Part shown: positions 38,615 to 50,530 of the stretch, one piece after another
How positions within the stretch are numbered: position 1 is the first letter of the stretch
Layout: each line of letters opens with the position of its first letter
NCBI GenBank assembly: GCA_051313645.2
Contig: JBNRSN020000001.1
Location: 125,116,001 to 125,180,000, forward strand
Reading direction: 5' to 3'
Source of the DNA: Centroscyllium fabricii
Taxonomy: Eukaryota
DNA length: 64,000 bases
Program-made: the position numbers and the translations under genes
Notes under the pieces: generated by a model
Database searches by the model: none
Told to the model about the DNA's origin: nothing
What the model saw: only the letters and a program-made list of their open reading frames with translations

Positions 38615-40142
38615 GAGACCCCCCCAGTCAATGTGAGACCCCCCAGTCAGTGAGAGACACCCCAGTCAGCGAGAGAAGCCCCAGTCAGTGAGAGACCCCC
38701 CAGTCAGTGTGAGACCCCCCAGTCAGTGAGAGACCCCCCCAGTCAGTGAGAGACCCCCAGTCAGTGAGAGACCCCCCTGTCAGTGAGAGACCCCCCAGTC
38801 AGTGTGAGAACCCCCAGTCAGTGTGAGACCCCCCAGTCAGTGAGAGACCCCCCAGTCAGTGAGAGACCCCTCCAGTCAGAGAGACACCCCAAGTCAGTGA
38901 GACCTCCCAGTCAGTAAGATCCCCCAGTCAGTGAGAGACCCCCCAGTCAGTGAGAGACCCCCCAGTTAGTGAGAGACCCCCCAGTCAGTGAGAGACCCCC
39001 CAGTCAGTGAGAGACCTCCCAGTCAGTGAGATCCCTCCAGTCAGTGTGAGACCACCCAGTCAGGGTGAGGCCCCCCAGGCAGGGCGAGACCCCCCAGTCA
39101 GTGAGCGAGCCCCCAGTCATTGAGAGACCCGCCAGTCAGTGAGAGACCCGCCAGTCAGTGTGACACCACTAGTCAGCGAGAGACCCCCAGTCAGCGAGAG
39201 ACCCCCCAGTCAGCGAGAGACCCCCCAGTCAGAGAGAGACCCCCCGTCAGTGAGAGAGACCCCCAGTCAATGTGAGACCCCAGTCAGTGTGAGACCCCTC
39301 CAGTCAGTGAGAGACCCCCCGTCAGTGAGAGACCCTGCATCAGTGAGAGACCCCCATCAGTGAGAGACCCCACAATCAATGTGAGACCCCAGTCAGTGTA
39401 GGACCCCCCTGTCAGTGTGAGACCCCCCTGTCAGTGTGAGACCCCCCTGTCAGTGTGAGAACCCCCATCAGTGTGAGACCCCCCTAGTCAGTGTGAGACC
39501 CCCCTAGTCAGTGTGAGACCCCCTAGTCAGTGTGAGACCCCCCCAATCAGTGTGAAACCCCCCAATCAGTGTGAAACCCCCCAGTCAGTGAGAGACCCCC
39601 CATCAGTGAGAGACCCCCCTGTCAGTGTGAGACCCCCCAGTCAGTGAGAGACCCCCTGTCAGTGAGAGACCCCCCAGTCAGTGAGAGACCCCAGTCAGTT
39701 TGAGATCCCCCAGTCAGTGAGAGACCCCAGTCAGTTTGAGACCCCCCAGTCAGTGAGAGACCCCCCAGTCAGTTTGAGACCCCCCAGTCATTGAGAGACC
39801 CTCCAGTCAGTGAGAGACCCTCCAGTCAGTGTGAGACCCCCCAGTCAGTGTGAGATCCCCCCAGTCAGTGAGAGATCCCCCCGTCAGTGAGAGAGCCCCC
39901 AGTCAGTTTGAGACCCCCCAGTCAGTGAGAGACCCCCAGTCAGTGAGAGGCCCCCCAGTCAGTGAGAGACCCCAGTCAGTGCGAGACCCCCCCAGTCAGT
40001 GCGAGACCCCCCCATCAGTGAGAACCCCCCCAGTCAGTGTGAGACCCCCCCAGTAAGTATGAGACCCCCCCACCCAGTCAGTGTGAGACCCCCCCAGTCA
40101 GTGTGAGACCCCTCAGTCAGTGAGAGACCCCCATCAGTGAGT

Positions 40143-41228
40143 TTTGGATCAAAATTTTTAATTCAGTAATTGAACCAATTGCACTTTATGGCAGCGAGGT
40201 GTGGGGTCTGCTAACACACCACGTATTTGCAAAATGGGACAAACACCCAATTGAGACCCTACATGCTGATTTCTGTAAGAGTATCCTCCGGACTCAGAGG
40301 AAATCCACACACAATGCATGCAGGTCAGAGTTAGGCCAATATCCACTATTAAATAAATCCAAAAAAGAGCAATCAAATTCTGGAAACATCTAAAACTGAG
40401 CAACCCCCACAGCTATCACTACAAAGCCCTGAAATGCCAAGAAGCGAACATAAAGAGAAGTCCCCTCAGCCAACTAGTCCTGGGACTTAGCGGAGTAACT
40501 ACTAACACTACTGGTAACAACCAGCCCCAGGACAGTGACATCCTAGCACTCAGAATCTGACCCAACACAATTATTACTAAACAAAAAGAAAAATACTTGA
40601 ATTACTGGACAGAAATGACAAAAACCCAAAACAAACTAGATTGTTATTTGGCCCTAAACAGACAGTACACCATGGCTGATTACCTGACCATGGTGAAAGA
40701 TAGCAAACTGAGAAAAACCCTGACAATGTACAGACTTAGCGAGCACAGCCTAGCCATCGAAAAAGGCAGACACAGAAAGACTTGGCTGCCCAGAGAAGAA
40801 AGGCTGTGCTCCCACTGCAATCAGGAAGTGGTGGAGACAGAGCTGCACTTCCTCACAACTTGCGAAAACTATCAGGGAATAAGGGGAAATTTCTTCCCAA
40901 AATTTGCAACAACATGCCCTGAATTCAAAAATTTGAACGACCATCAAAAACTCCCATATCTATTGGGGGAACAGAGGGACTGTATAAAATTAGCGGCAAA
41001 CTACGTCACAGCTTGCCATAAGCAGAGGGACAACCAGTGACCATTGAAGCTAGGAAGAGCATACAAGATCTATATGCGGGTATATATGTATGTGTTTGCA
41101 TAGTTATTCATTCAATACGTCTGGTTATGCATTTGTATGTCCAATTGTATATGTTCTTTTTCTGTGCTTTGGCAACATAGGATGTATCTTGTCATGCCAA
41201 TAAAGCAATTTGAATTGAATTGAATTGA
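40143..41228 (+). mobile_element. RTE-X-like non-LTR retrotransposon, 5'-truncated copy 2
   Basis: Same C-terminal ORF (40597-41040) and (TTGAA)n tail; extends further 5' than copy 1. Confidence 0.8.
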
Positions 41229-42159
41229 GAGACCCCCCCCCCAGTCAGTATGAGACCCCCCCAGTCAGTGTGAGACCCACCGTCAGTGAGAGAGCCACCA
41301 GTCAGTGAGAGACCCCCCCATTAGTGAGAGATTCCCCGGTCAGTGTGATTCCCCCCAGTCATTGAGAGACCCTCCAGTCAGTGAGAGACCCTCCAGTCAG
41401 TGTGAGACCCCCCAGTCAGTGTGAGATCCCCCCAGTCAGTGAGAGACCCCCCAGTCAGTGAGAGACCCCCCAGTCAGTGAGAGACCCCCCAGTCAGTTTG
41501 AGACCCCCCAGTCAGTGAGAGACCCCCAGTCAGTGAGAGACCCCCCAGTCAGTGAGAGACCCCCAGTCAGTGAGACCTCAGTCAGTGCGAGACCCCCCCA
41601 GTCATTGCGAGACCCCCCATCAGTGAGAACCCCCCCCAGTCAGTGTGAGACCCCCCAGTCAGTGTGAGACCCCCCCCAGTCAGTGCGAGACCCCTCAGTC
41701 AGTGAGAGACCCCCCCAGTCAGTGTGAGATGCCCCAGTCAGTGAGACCCCCCCAGTCAGATTGAGACCCACCGTCAGTGAGAGACCCCCCCATTAGTGAG
41801 AGATTCCCCAGTCAGTGTGATTCCCCCCAGTCAGTGAGAGACTCTCCTAATCAGTGAGAGACTCTCCTAGTCAGTGAGAGACCCCCCAGTCAGTGAGGGA
41901 CTCCCCAGTCAGTGTGAGACCCCCAGTCATTGAGAGACCCCCCAGTCAGAGAGAGACTCCCCAGTCAGTGTGAGACCCCCAGTCAGTGTGAGACCCCCCA
42001 GTCAGTGAAAGACCCCCCAGTCAGTGAGAGACCCCCAGTCAGTGGGAGACCCCCCAGTCAGTGAAAGACCCCCGTCAGTGGGAGACCCCCCAGTCAGTGA
42101 GAGTCCCCCCAGTCTTGGAGTGACCCCCCAGTCTGAGAGAAACTACCACCAGTTAGTTA

Positions 42160-44884
42160 GAAGAATTTCTGCCTGCTTTATAGATTTCCAAAAGGCTATC
42201 GATTCTATTTGGCACGACGGTCTATTCTTAAAACTTATTGAAAGTGGGGTAGGGGGAAAATCATATTCTGTAATTAAATCAATGTATACAGGCATTAAAT
42301 GTGCAGTTAAAATCAGAGACAAACAAACAAAATATTTCTCACGGGTGTGGCGTGGTGCAGGGCTCGTCTAGCTTCCCGACTCTTTTTAATATTTATATAA
42401 ATGAATTGGCAAAACTACTTCAACAATCTACAGCACCTGGCCTCGCTATATATGACTCCAAGGTTAAATTCCTCCTCCATGCAGATGACCTGGTTCTGCT
42501 CTCACCAACAGAAGAGGGCCTACAGCAGAACTTTGATCGGCTAGAGTCATTCTGCCAGACCTGGGCCCTGACAATGAACCCCCAAAAAACTAAAGTTCTT
42601 GCATTCCAGCAAAGATCCAGACATCAGGGAACCAAAACAAACTTCACACTGGAGAAACTAAAATTGAACAAACTACAAATTACACATACTTAGGCTTAAA
42701 AATCAGTTTCACGGGAAATTCTCACTTGGCTGTGAATGAACTGAAAGAGAAAGCAAAAAGGGCTTTCTATGCCATTAAAAAGTCAATCCAAATAGAAATT
42801 CCAATTGGCATTTGGCTCAAAATTTTTAAATTAGTAATTGAACCAATCGCACTTTATGGCAGTGAGGTGTGAGGTCCGCTAACACAACACAAATGAGCAA
42901 AATGGGACAAACATCCAATTGAGACCCTACATGCAGAATTCTGTAAAAGTATCCTCTGGACTCAGAGGTAAACCACAAACAATGCATGCAGGGCAGAGTT
43001 AGGCCAATATCCACTTTTAATTAATATCCAAAAAAGAGCCATCAAACTTTGGAAACATCTAAAAATAAGCAACCACCACTGCTATCACTACAAAACCCTG
43101 AAATGCCAAGAGGCGAACATAAAGAAAAGTCCCCTCAGTCAACTGGCCCTGGGACTCAGTAAAGTAACTTTGAACACTATTGGTAACAACCAGCCCGAGG
43201 ACAGTGACATCCTAAGCACACAGAATTCGACCCAACACAATTATTGGGCCCTGTTTTCCTGTGCTCCAGAAGAGCTGCACCCCCACGAAGGGGGGTCAGA
43301 AATGCCTCGTGGGGGTGCAGCTCGGGTGATTACCAGAAATGTGAATTTCCTGTGCTGATGGGCAAGGGGCTTCAGCTTCCTACCCAGGAAGACTTTGAGC
43401 TGCCGATTTCCTGTAGTCAGCTGCTCAAAATGCGTGTGTATCACGTGGGCAAGTCTCTCTTGAGCTGCACATTTAAAAAGCAGTCTTAGAGGTGCTGCAG
43501 GCAGCTTTGAGAAGTGGAGAAACACGTTTAAAGGTAAGTTTTTTTTTGATTCCTTTGCAGATATTTGTCTGTAGTCTTTCAGCTTTTAAATGGTAGGGTT
43601 TTTTTTTTTGTTGGTGAAAGTGAAAAAAAAACGGGTTTTTAACGCGATGTCAGCAGCTCTGGTGGCCATCACAGCTGCTTAATTCACGTTAAAAACCCGA
43701 TTTTTTTTCACTTCCACCAAAAAAAAACCCCTACCCATTTAAAAGCTGAAAGACCACAGACAAATATCTGCAAAGGAATCAAAAAAAAACTTACCTTTAA
43801 ACGTGTTTTTTTCACTTCCACCAAAAAAAAACCCTAACAGCAGAAAAGGCAGAAACTTAAAAAAAACAAGGTGCTTCCTAGAAACTTAAAAAAAACAAGG
43901 TGCTTCCTAGAAACTTAAAAAAAACAAGGTGCTTCCTAGAAACTTAAAAAAAACAAGGTGCTTCCTACCCGATATTCTTTGCCCTGAGGCTGATTCTGTG
44001 CTTTGTGCGGGGGGAAAGCCGACCTCAGTGGGCGTGGCCTGCTCACAACCTACGCACAAAGCACCACGCACCAAAAAAAAACAGACCCCTACGCAGCAAA
44101 AAAACCTGGCATTTTCCACAGGAAATTGCCGTCAGAAAAAAAATAATAATTACGTGTGCGTGCGCCGCGGGTGCACGTGAGCGCGCACCTGCAGCAATCG
44201 GGCCACAAGAAAACAGGGCCCATTACTAAACAAAGAGAAAAATATTTGTCATATTGGACAGAAATGACAAAAACCCAAAACAAACTAGATTGTTATTTGG
44301 CCCTAAACAGACCATACACCATGGCTGATTACCTGACCATGGTGAAAGATAGCAAACTGAGAAAAATCCTGACAATGTACAGACTTAGTGAGCATAACCT
44401 AGCCATTGAAAAAGGCAGACACAAACAGACCTGACTGCCCAGAGAGGAAAGGCTCTGCTCTCACTCCAGTCAGGGAGTGGTGGAGACAGAGCTGCATTTC
44501 CTGACAACTTGTGAAAACTATCAGGACATAAAGGGGAATTTCTACACAAAATTCATAAAAACATGCCCTGAATTCAAAAATTTGAACGACCACCAAAAAC
44601 TCCCATATCTATTGGGGAAACAGAGGAACTGTATAAAATTAGCGGCAAACTATGTCACAGCTTGCCATAAGCAGAGGGACAACTAGTGACCATTGAATCT
44701 AAGAAAAGATTATATGAGTATTATATGTGTGTATATATATATATATGTATACATGAGTATATTTGTCCATTCACTGTATGTATATATCTGCGTTTGCATG
44801 TTCAATTGTATATGTTCTTTTTATGTGCTTTGGCAACATAAGATGTATCTTGTCATGCCAATAAAGCAATTTGAATTGAATTGA
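42160..44884 (+). mobile_element. RTE-X-like non-LTR retrotransposon, copy 3 (includes RT domain; interrupted by a MITE)
   Basis: ACFIDFQKAIDSIWHDGL, GVVQGSSSFPTLFNIYINEL, LLHADDLVLLS, CCHC end and (TTGAA)n tail. Confidence 0.85.
43246..44221. mobile_element. 976-bp MITE, probably PIF/Harbinger-type, with an internal long palindrome
   Basis: TIRs GGGCCCTGTTTTC(C/T)TGTG, TSD ATT (43243-43245, 44222-44224). The empty site is seen in copy 2 at 40561-40580. Confidence 0.9.
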
Positions 44885-46709
44885 GTCCCCTCCAGTCATT
44901 GAGAGAGCCCCCAGTCAGCGAGAGACCCCCCAAGTCAGTGTGAGAGACACCCAATCAGTGAGAGACCCCCCAGTCAGTGAGAGACCCCCCAAGTCAGTGT
45001 GAGAGATCCCCAGTCAGTGAGAGACCCCCCAGTCAGTGTGAGACCCCCCAGTTAGTGTGAGACCCCCCAGTCAGCGAGAGACCCCCCAGTCAGCGAGAGA
45101 CCCCCCAGTCAGCGTGAGACCACCCAGTCAGTGTGAGACCCCCAGTCAGTGTGAGACCCCCCAGGTCAGTGAGAGAGCCCCAGTCAATGTGAGATCCCCC
45201 AGTCATTGAGAGACCCCCCAGTAAGTGTGAGACCCCCCAGTCAGTGAGTGATCCCCCCATCAGTGAGAGACCCCACGTCAGTGAGAGAACCCCCAGTCAG
45301 TGTGAGACCACAGTCAGTGAGAGACCCCCCCAGTCAGTGAGAGACCCCCCAGTCAGTGTGAGACCCCAGTCAGTGAGAGACCCCCCAGTGTGTGAGAGAC
45401 CACCCCAGTCAGTGAGAGACCCCCCCCCAGTCAGTGAGAGACCCCCCAGTCAGTGAGACCCCCGTCAATGAGAACCCCACAGTCAGTGAAAGACCCCCCT
45501 GTCAGTGTGAGACCCCCCAGTCAGTGAGAGACCCCCCCATCAGTGATAGACCCCCCGTCAGTGAGAGACTCCCCACCAGTCAGTATGAGACCCCCCAGTC
45601 AGTGAGAGACTTCCCAGTCAGTGAGAGACCCCCCAGTCAGTGAGAGACCCCCCAGTCAGTGAGAGACCCCACAGTCAGTGAGAGATCCTCCCAGTCAGTG
45701 CGAGACACCCCAGTCAGTGCGAGACCCCCCAATCAGTCAGACCCCCCGCAGTCAGTATGAAATCTCCCCCTCCCGCCCCCAGGCAGTGTGATGCGTCCCC
45801 TCCATCAGTCAGGGAAGGAGGTGAGATGCTCCCTCAGGTTGTGAGATCTTGCCCCCACGCAGTGGAATTTCCCCAGTTAGTGTGACTCCACCCTTGTGCA
45901 GTGAGACCCCGCCCACCAGACAATGTGAGGTCCCCCTCCCCTAGGCAGGGCGAGACCTCCCACCCAGGTAGTAAGATCCTATCGCCCCACATACAGTCAG
46001 ATTCCCCTCTTCCTGCCTGTGTGTCTATTGTTAACAGAGGAGCATGGGTTGGGGGAGGTGGTGGGAACGGGGGTGGCTGTTGCTGGGTGGGGGTGGGGCA
46101 CGAATATCATCGGATGGGGGCAGAGCATATCAGGGGCTAGAGGAGCATTGGGAGGAGGCAAACAACATTGGGGGGGCCAGAGGAGCAAGGGGGGGGGGGG
46201 GCAGTCCAGAGCACAACAGGGGCTGAAGGAACATGGGGGTGGTGCGTGGCAGCCTCATGGGGGGAAACTGGAGGCCTGGGAGCAGGAGATCAGAGGCCTC
46301 ATGGCAGGGTGTCTCTTATCACAGTGGGTGGGTTAGGCAGGGCTGCTGGATCCAGGAGGTAAGTGCAAAGACAATTACCTCCTGGACTCAGCAGTCCTCA
46401 CCTTACTTTAGCTGGCAGGTTTTATGAGGCCTGCAAAACCCGACCAGCCACTGTTAAATTTAAAACGATGGTTAAATCTGAGGTACGCCAGCCTCATTAC
46501 AATATTTAAATGGATGACCCGCATCCTAGGAGCCCAACCAGTCATCTCGCCTCCCATTTAAACTGGAAGTAGGCAGGTTCTGGTTGGAATTAAGATTTTT
46601 AACACTAATTTCCCACTCGATCCAACCCACCCGTTTTTTGGGGGTTAAAATTCCCCCCATATGTGAATTAAAATGTCTACCAGGTGAGCAGAGCTCTACA
46701 GATGTGTTT

Positions 46710-47080
46710 TGAAGGTTAAAAGGTGATCTGATGGAGGTGTTTAAAATGTTAAAAGGATTCGATAGGGTAGTGATCAAGAAAGTATTTCCTCTAGTGGGTG
46801 AGTCAAGGACATGGGGACACAATCTTAAAATTAGAGCTAGGCATTCAGGAGGGAAATCAGGAAGAACCTTTTCACACAAAGTAGGAATCTGGAATTCTTC
46901 CCTAAAAGGCTATGGATGCTGGGACAATTGGATCTTTCAAGACTGAGATTCAAAGATTTTTATCAGGTAAGGGTATTGAGATATGGAAGAAAGCTGGGTA
47001 AATGGAGTTAGGTAAAGATCAGCCATGATCGAATTGAATGGCCGAGCGGGCTCAAGAAGCTGAATGGCCTATTCCTGTTC
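46710..47080 (+). mobile_element. CR1 3' fragment
   Basis: MEVFKMLKGFDRV...FPLVGESRTWGHNLKIR plus a CR1 tail. Confidence 0.75.
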
Positions 47081-49495
47081 ATGTGCAAACAGTGTATGTA
47101 GAGCTCTGGCCTGGTAGGCAGAGTGTACTTTGCGGCCAGGTGTAGGTTACATTATAACTCGATCTTGCTAGCTACACTTCGCACGATCAGCTACCGAAGT
47201 CAGACAACAATGGTTTAGTAGTTTGCAGCCTTAGATTTTATCTTGTGCATTCTCGACTTCCTTCGCCCCCACCATTGCCGGGCATGCCTTCTAGGCCCTA
47301 AGCTTTAGAATTCCCTCCCTAAACCTTTCTGCTTTCTCACCTTCTTTAAGATGCTTCTTAAAATCTATCTCAACTGTCCTATGTCTCCTTTGGCTTGGTG
47401 TCAATTTTTGTCTGATGCTACTTTTGTGAAGCACCTTGGGACGTTTTACTGTGTTAATGGTGCTATATAAATGTAAGTTATTGTTGTTATGCATCTCATT
47501 AAACTTTAACTTAGTGATTTTATCTCATTAAACACGATGCAGTCCTTTCACGAACAGGTGTACTGAGAGGTGCGTATGCATACATATGTTTAGACACAGA
47601 CTGAACAGCTCCTTGATTTCAGTTGACCTTTAAATTGCAAATGTTGATGGAAGTAATGTGTGGACTGGTTTGGGAGGGGTACACTGAACAGCTTAGTACC
47701 TCAATAAATCCATCATCATCTGCTACTAAAACAGAAAAACAAATATAAAAAAATCCAAAAATAATAGATAGTCCCAATAATTGTTTGTAGTTTTGGTTTC
47801 AAAGTGATCCGAATATCTAGTCTCCTTTTGTACATTTTGGAGAACAGTAGGAAATGTGCTCATCAGGGTTAGGAATGTCAGTGCCAAGGAATGAAATAGT
47901 TCTTTTCCCATTACTTCTAGAGCATGTATATCCCAGTTCGATACAGAACAAAGTTCCCTCTACTCTGCCCCAACAATACAGCTTAACCTCAATCTCAGAA
48001 GAGTTGCCCCTACTGTAACAGCATGATTTGTTTGATTTCTCACACAAACTACCCTCAAGATTTCTCCAAGTCAATTACCAATTTAATGCAGATTCATAGG
48101 CAGTTTGTGCTTTTGGACCATGCCCACTAGGAGGTGAGTTGAGATTGCTCAGATTGGTTTCATATTGCCTCATTAAAATCAACAGAAGAAGAGACGGCTT
48201 TCATTTGATCGGTCTAGGCTTAGATTCAGGTCCAGATCTCAGGGGTGACAGTACACTGGTAATTCACTGCACCAGTCAGCCCCATTGTGCCAGTTTAAAA
48301 AATACTCTGACCGTCTTTGTTAATGTTTTTTGTATGTGCTAAATTTACTTGTGAAAACTTAAATTAAAATTAGGAGTGTTTAATACGACATTCTTTGCAG
48401 ACGCCAGTTGGCCTGTCTGTTCTGCATGTTCATGGTTTCAGCTTTCAAGTGCTTATAAGAAAGGGGGAGGGGAATTGGGTTTGCCATCAGATCCAACATT
48501 TGCAGTCTTGTGCCAAAGGAAAGATTTGCGTGCTGGAGTTTGAGAAAGATCTTTCCTTTAACTGGCTAATTGTGGTTAATCCCCAATAAAACAAATTAAA
48601 ATATTTATACCATTGCTGTATCAAACAGAGATAACAAGCTTCAAGCATCAGAATAGATTTCTGACACTTCCGAAAGAATAGAATATTGTTTTAAAGAAAA
48701 TAAACATAAACAGAGAGAACAGTAAGAAACTGCAAAAAAACTTTCAAATTTGCTTTTGTCTTTCCCTGTGTTTTTTAGGGGCGAGGTGTGTTTAGGAACA
48801 CTGATTCAGTCAGCTCAAAAATTTATTTTGTAATTTGTTTTTATTTGATGTATTTTTACAGTAAAATTGTCTGCTCAATATGTGTGTGAAATTCTTTCAG
48901 CAAACATACCATTCCCAGCAGCTCTTCAGTTTCAAACTATAACTGCATGCCTGTGTGTGCTTTCTTCATCACATTTTGATTTACTCATTGAACAATCTCC
49001 AAAAGCTTCTCCATCAATATTCATTTCAGTGGGACTTTGTTTGGACGTGGCTCACCTTTCTAATTATTTTTAATGAAATATGATCAGATGGCGAAGGTTT
49101 ACTGCATGAATGTAGCAACACACCATCAAATTATTTTGCCACTGATAATGAAAAGTGCCAGGCAGCAGCCATCTTAGTGAAATAATTTCCCAACAGCAAA
49201 CTTAAGTGGGATTTTGTTATTTCAGTAAGATGGTGGCTAATGAATATCTTTTAGTTTTGACAAGGCTACTACATCTAAACATAATAGGTCTCCACCAGAG
49301 GCAAATACTGTACACTTTTTTGACTAACATACTGCAATATATGAAAATCAGTTCTTGTAACATGCAAACCACTGTAAATTCAAGGAGCTATGTTATTTGA
49401 AACCAATTTTCTTTTGCTCTTGTAGATTTTAATGTTTCAGAGTTATTTGTGCTCATTCAGAAACATAGCATTTACAGTTTTTTTGCTGCATACTA

Positions 49496-50373
49496 CAGGT
49501 ACACAATCCTTTATCCGCAACTCCAAAAACCGAAATGCTCCAAAAACCGAAATCCCGCGTTGCGCCAAAATAACCATTTTTTTCTTAAATAAATTGAAGG
49601 AAGTGACCAGCTGCAGCAGAAAAAAATCAGAAAAAATATGTTTTTACCTTAATGCCGTGCTGTTGTTAGCTCGGCAAATGCGACCTATGTCATTGACATG
49701 TTGCTTAACCTCAATTTCATTGTTCACTGTCATTATCGACACCAAACTGGTATTCGGTCAAATTGCCTTCTCCAGTCCCTTTAAATCAACAAGCCCGTTG
49801 GTCTTCACGGGCAAATAGGGCACTTGAAAACCCTCAGTCTCAAGCATGCGGCATGAATCCAGGACGCACTTGTGTTCTGTCTGGGTTGTGATGACGTGCT
49901 TCTTTTTAGCTTTGTAAAACCTTGCAACACCCTTGATGGTGACATTGTTGGACTCTGTAGCACTGCTGGTGAAGATGATTTCTCTGTAGTCTGCTCCGAC
50001 CAGGTGAGCTGTTTGCTTTCTCACTTTCTCCACTGCTGCCTCGCTCTCCCAGCCATACGCATGCATTCTTGAATGAAGATTGCCTTAGGAATTGACCAGA
50101 TAGGGGAGCATTGTGTCCAACACTCTGGGATCCAGTTGTGTTGTAGCCTGAACGGCCGATCTCCAAAGGGCCGATCTCCCCTCTAAACGGCCGATCTCCT
50201 GCTCCAAACGGCCGATATGCCGTTCCCCGACTGCAAGCTGGGCCGTAAACATGGCAATGCGCATGCGCATGCGATCTGCGCATGCGCACTGGGGCCAACT
50301 CTAAAAACCGTATTTATCCGAAAACCGAGACCCACCCGGTCCCGAGGTTTTCGGATAAAGGGTTGTGTACCTG
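49496..50373. mobile_element. 878-bp Tc1/mariner (pogo/Tigger-like) non-autonomous TIR element carrying a host gene fragment
   Basis: 22-bp TIRs CAGGTACACAA(T/C)CCTTTATCCG (one mismatch), flanked by TA at 49494-49495 and 50374-50375. Confidence 0.88.
49664..50153 (-). pseudogene. NFS1: Intronless internal fragment of cysteine desulfurase NFS1 (two in-frame stops, no frameshift)
   Basis: [41 protein letters not shown]...[13 protein letters not shown]...[17 protein letters not shown]...AI*PNTSLVSIMTVNNEI...IGRIC. Confidence 0.93.
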
Positions 50374-50530
50374 TACACGCTTTCCTCAAAACCATAAAGA
50401 ACTGATGTAGCAGAAAATCTGTTCTTATTGAATATTCAATATTCAACCTTGTTTTGGCGATGTTAGGCTTTAATCTCTTATATTTGTGTACTGGACAAGC
50501 TGGACAGTGCCTGGCTCTCTCCATACTAAA

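Larger units (their letters stand above)
35661..45750. repeat. ~10-kb interrupted minisatellite, unit CAGTCAGTG(A/T)GAGA(C)4-7 (18-21 bp)
   Basis: Hundreds of tandem units in five blocks (~35661-37263, 37331-37964, 38615-40141, 41229-42140, 44885-45750). Confidence 0.97.

Noticed and set aside
35591-45643. Repetitive PPVSER/ETPQSV ORFs
   Set aside because: Translations of the minisatellite; frames break constantly through C-run length changes.
35661-45750. CRISPR-like array
   Set aside because: Head-to-tail tandem units with no unique spacers, no cas genes, and a vertebrate context.
49758-50066. Functional nested NFS1 gene or bacterial iscS transfer
   Set aside because: Internal fragment with two stops and no catalytic residues; the wording of the motifs ([22 protein letters not shown]) is eukaryotic NFS1-like.
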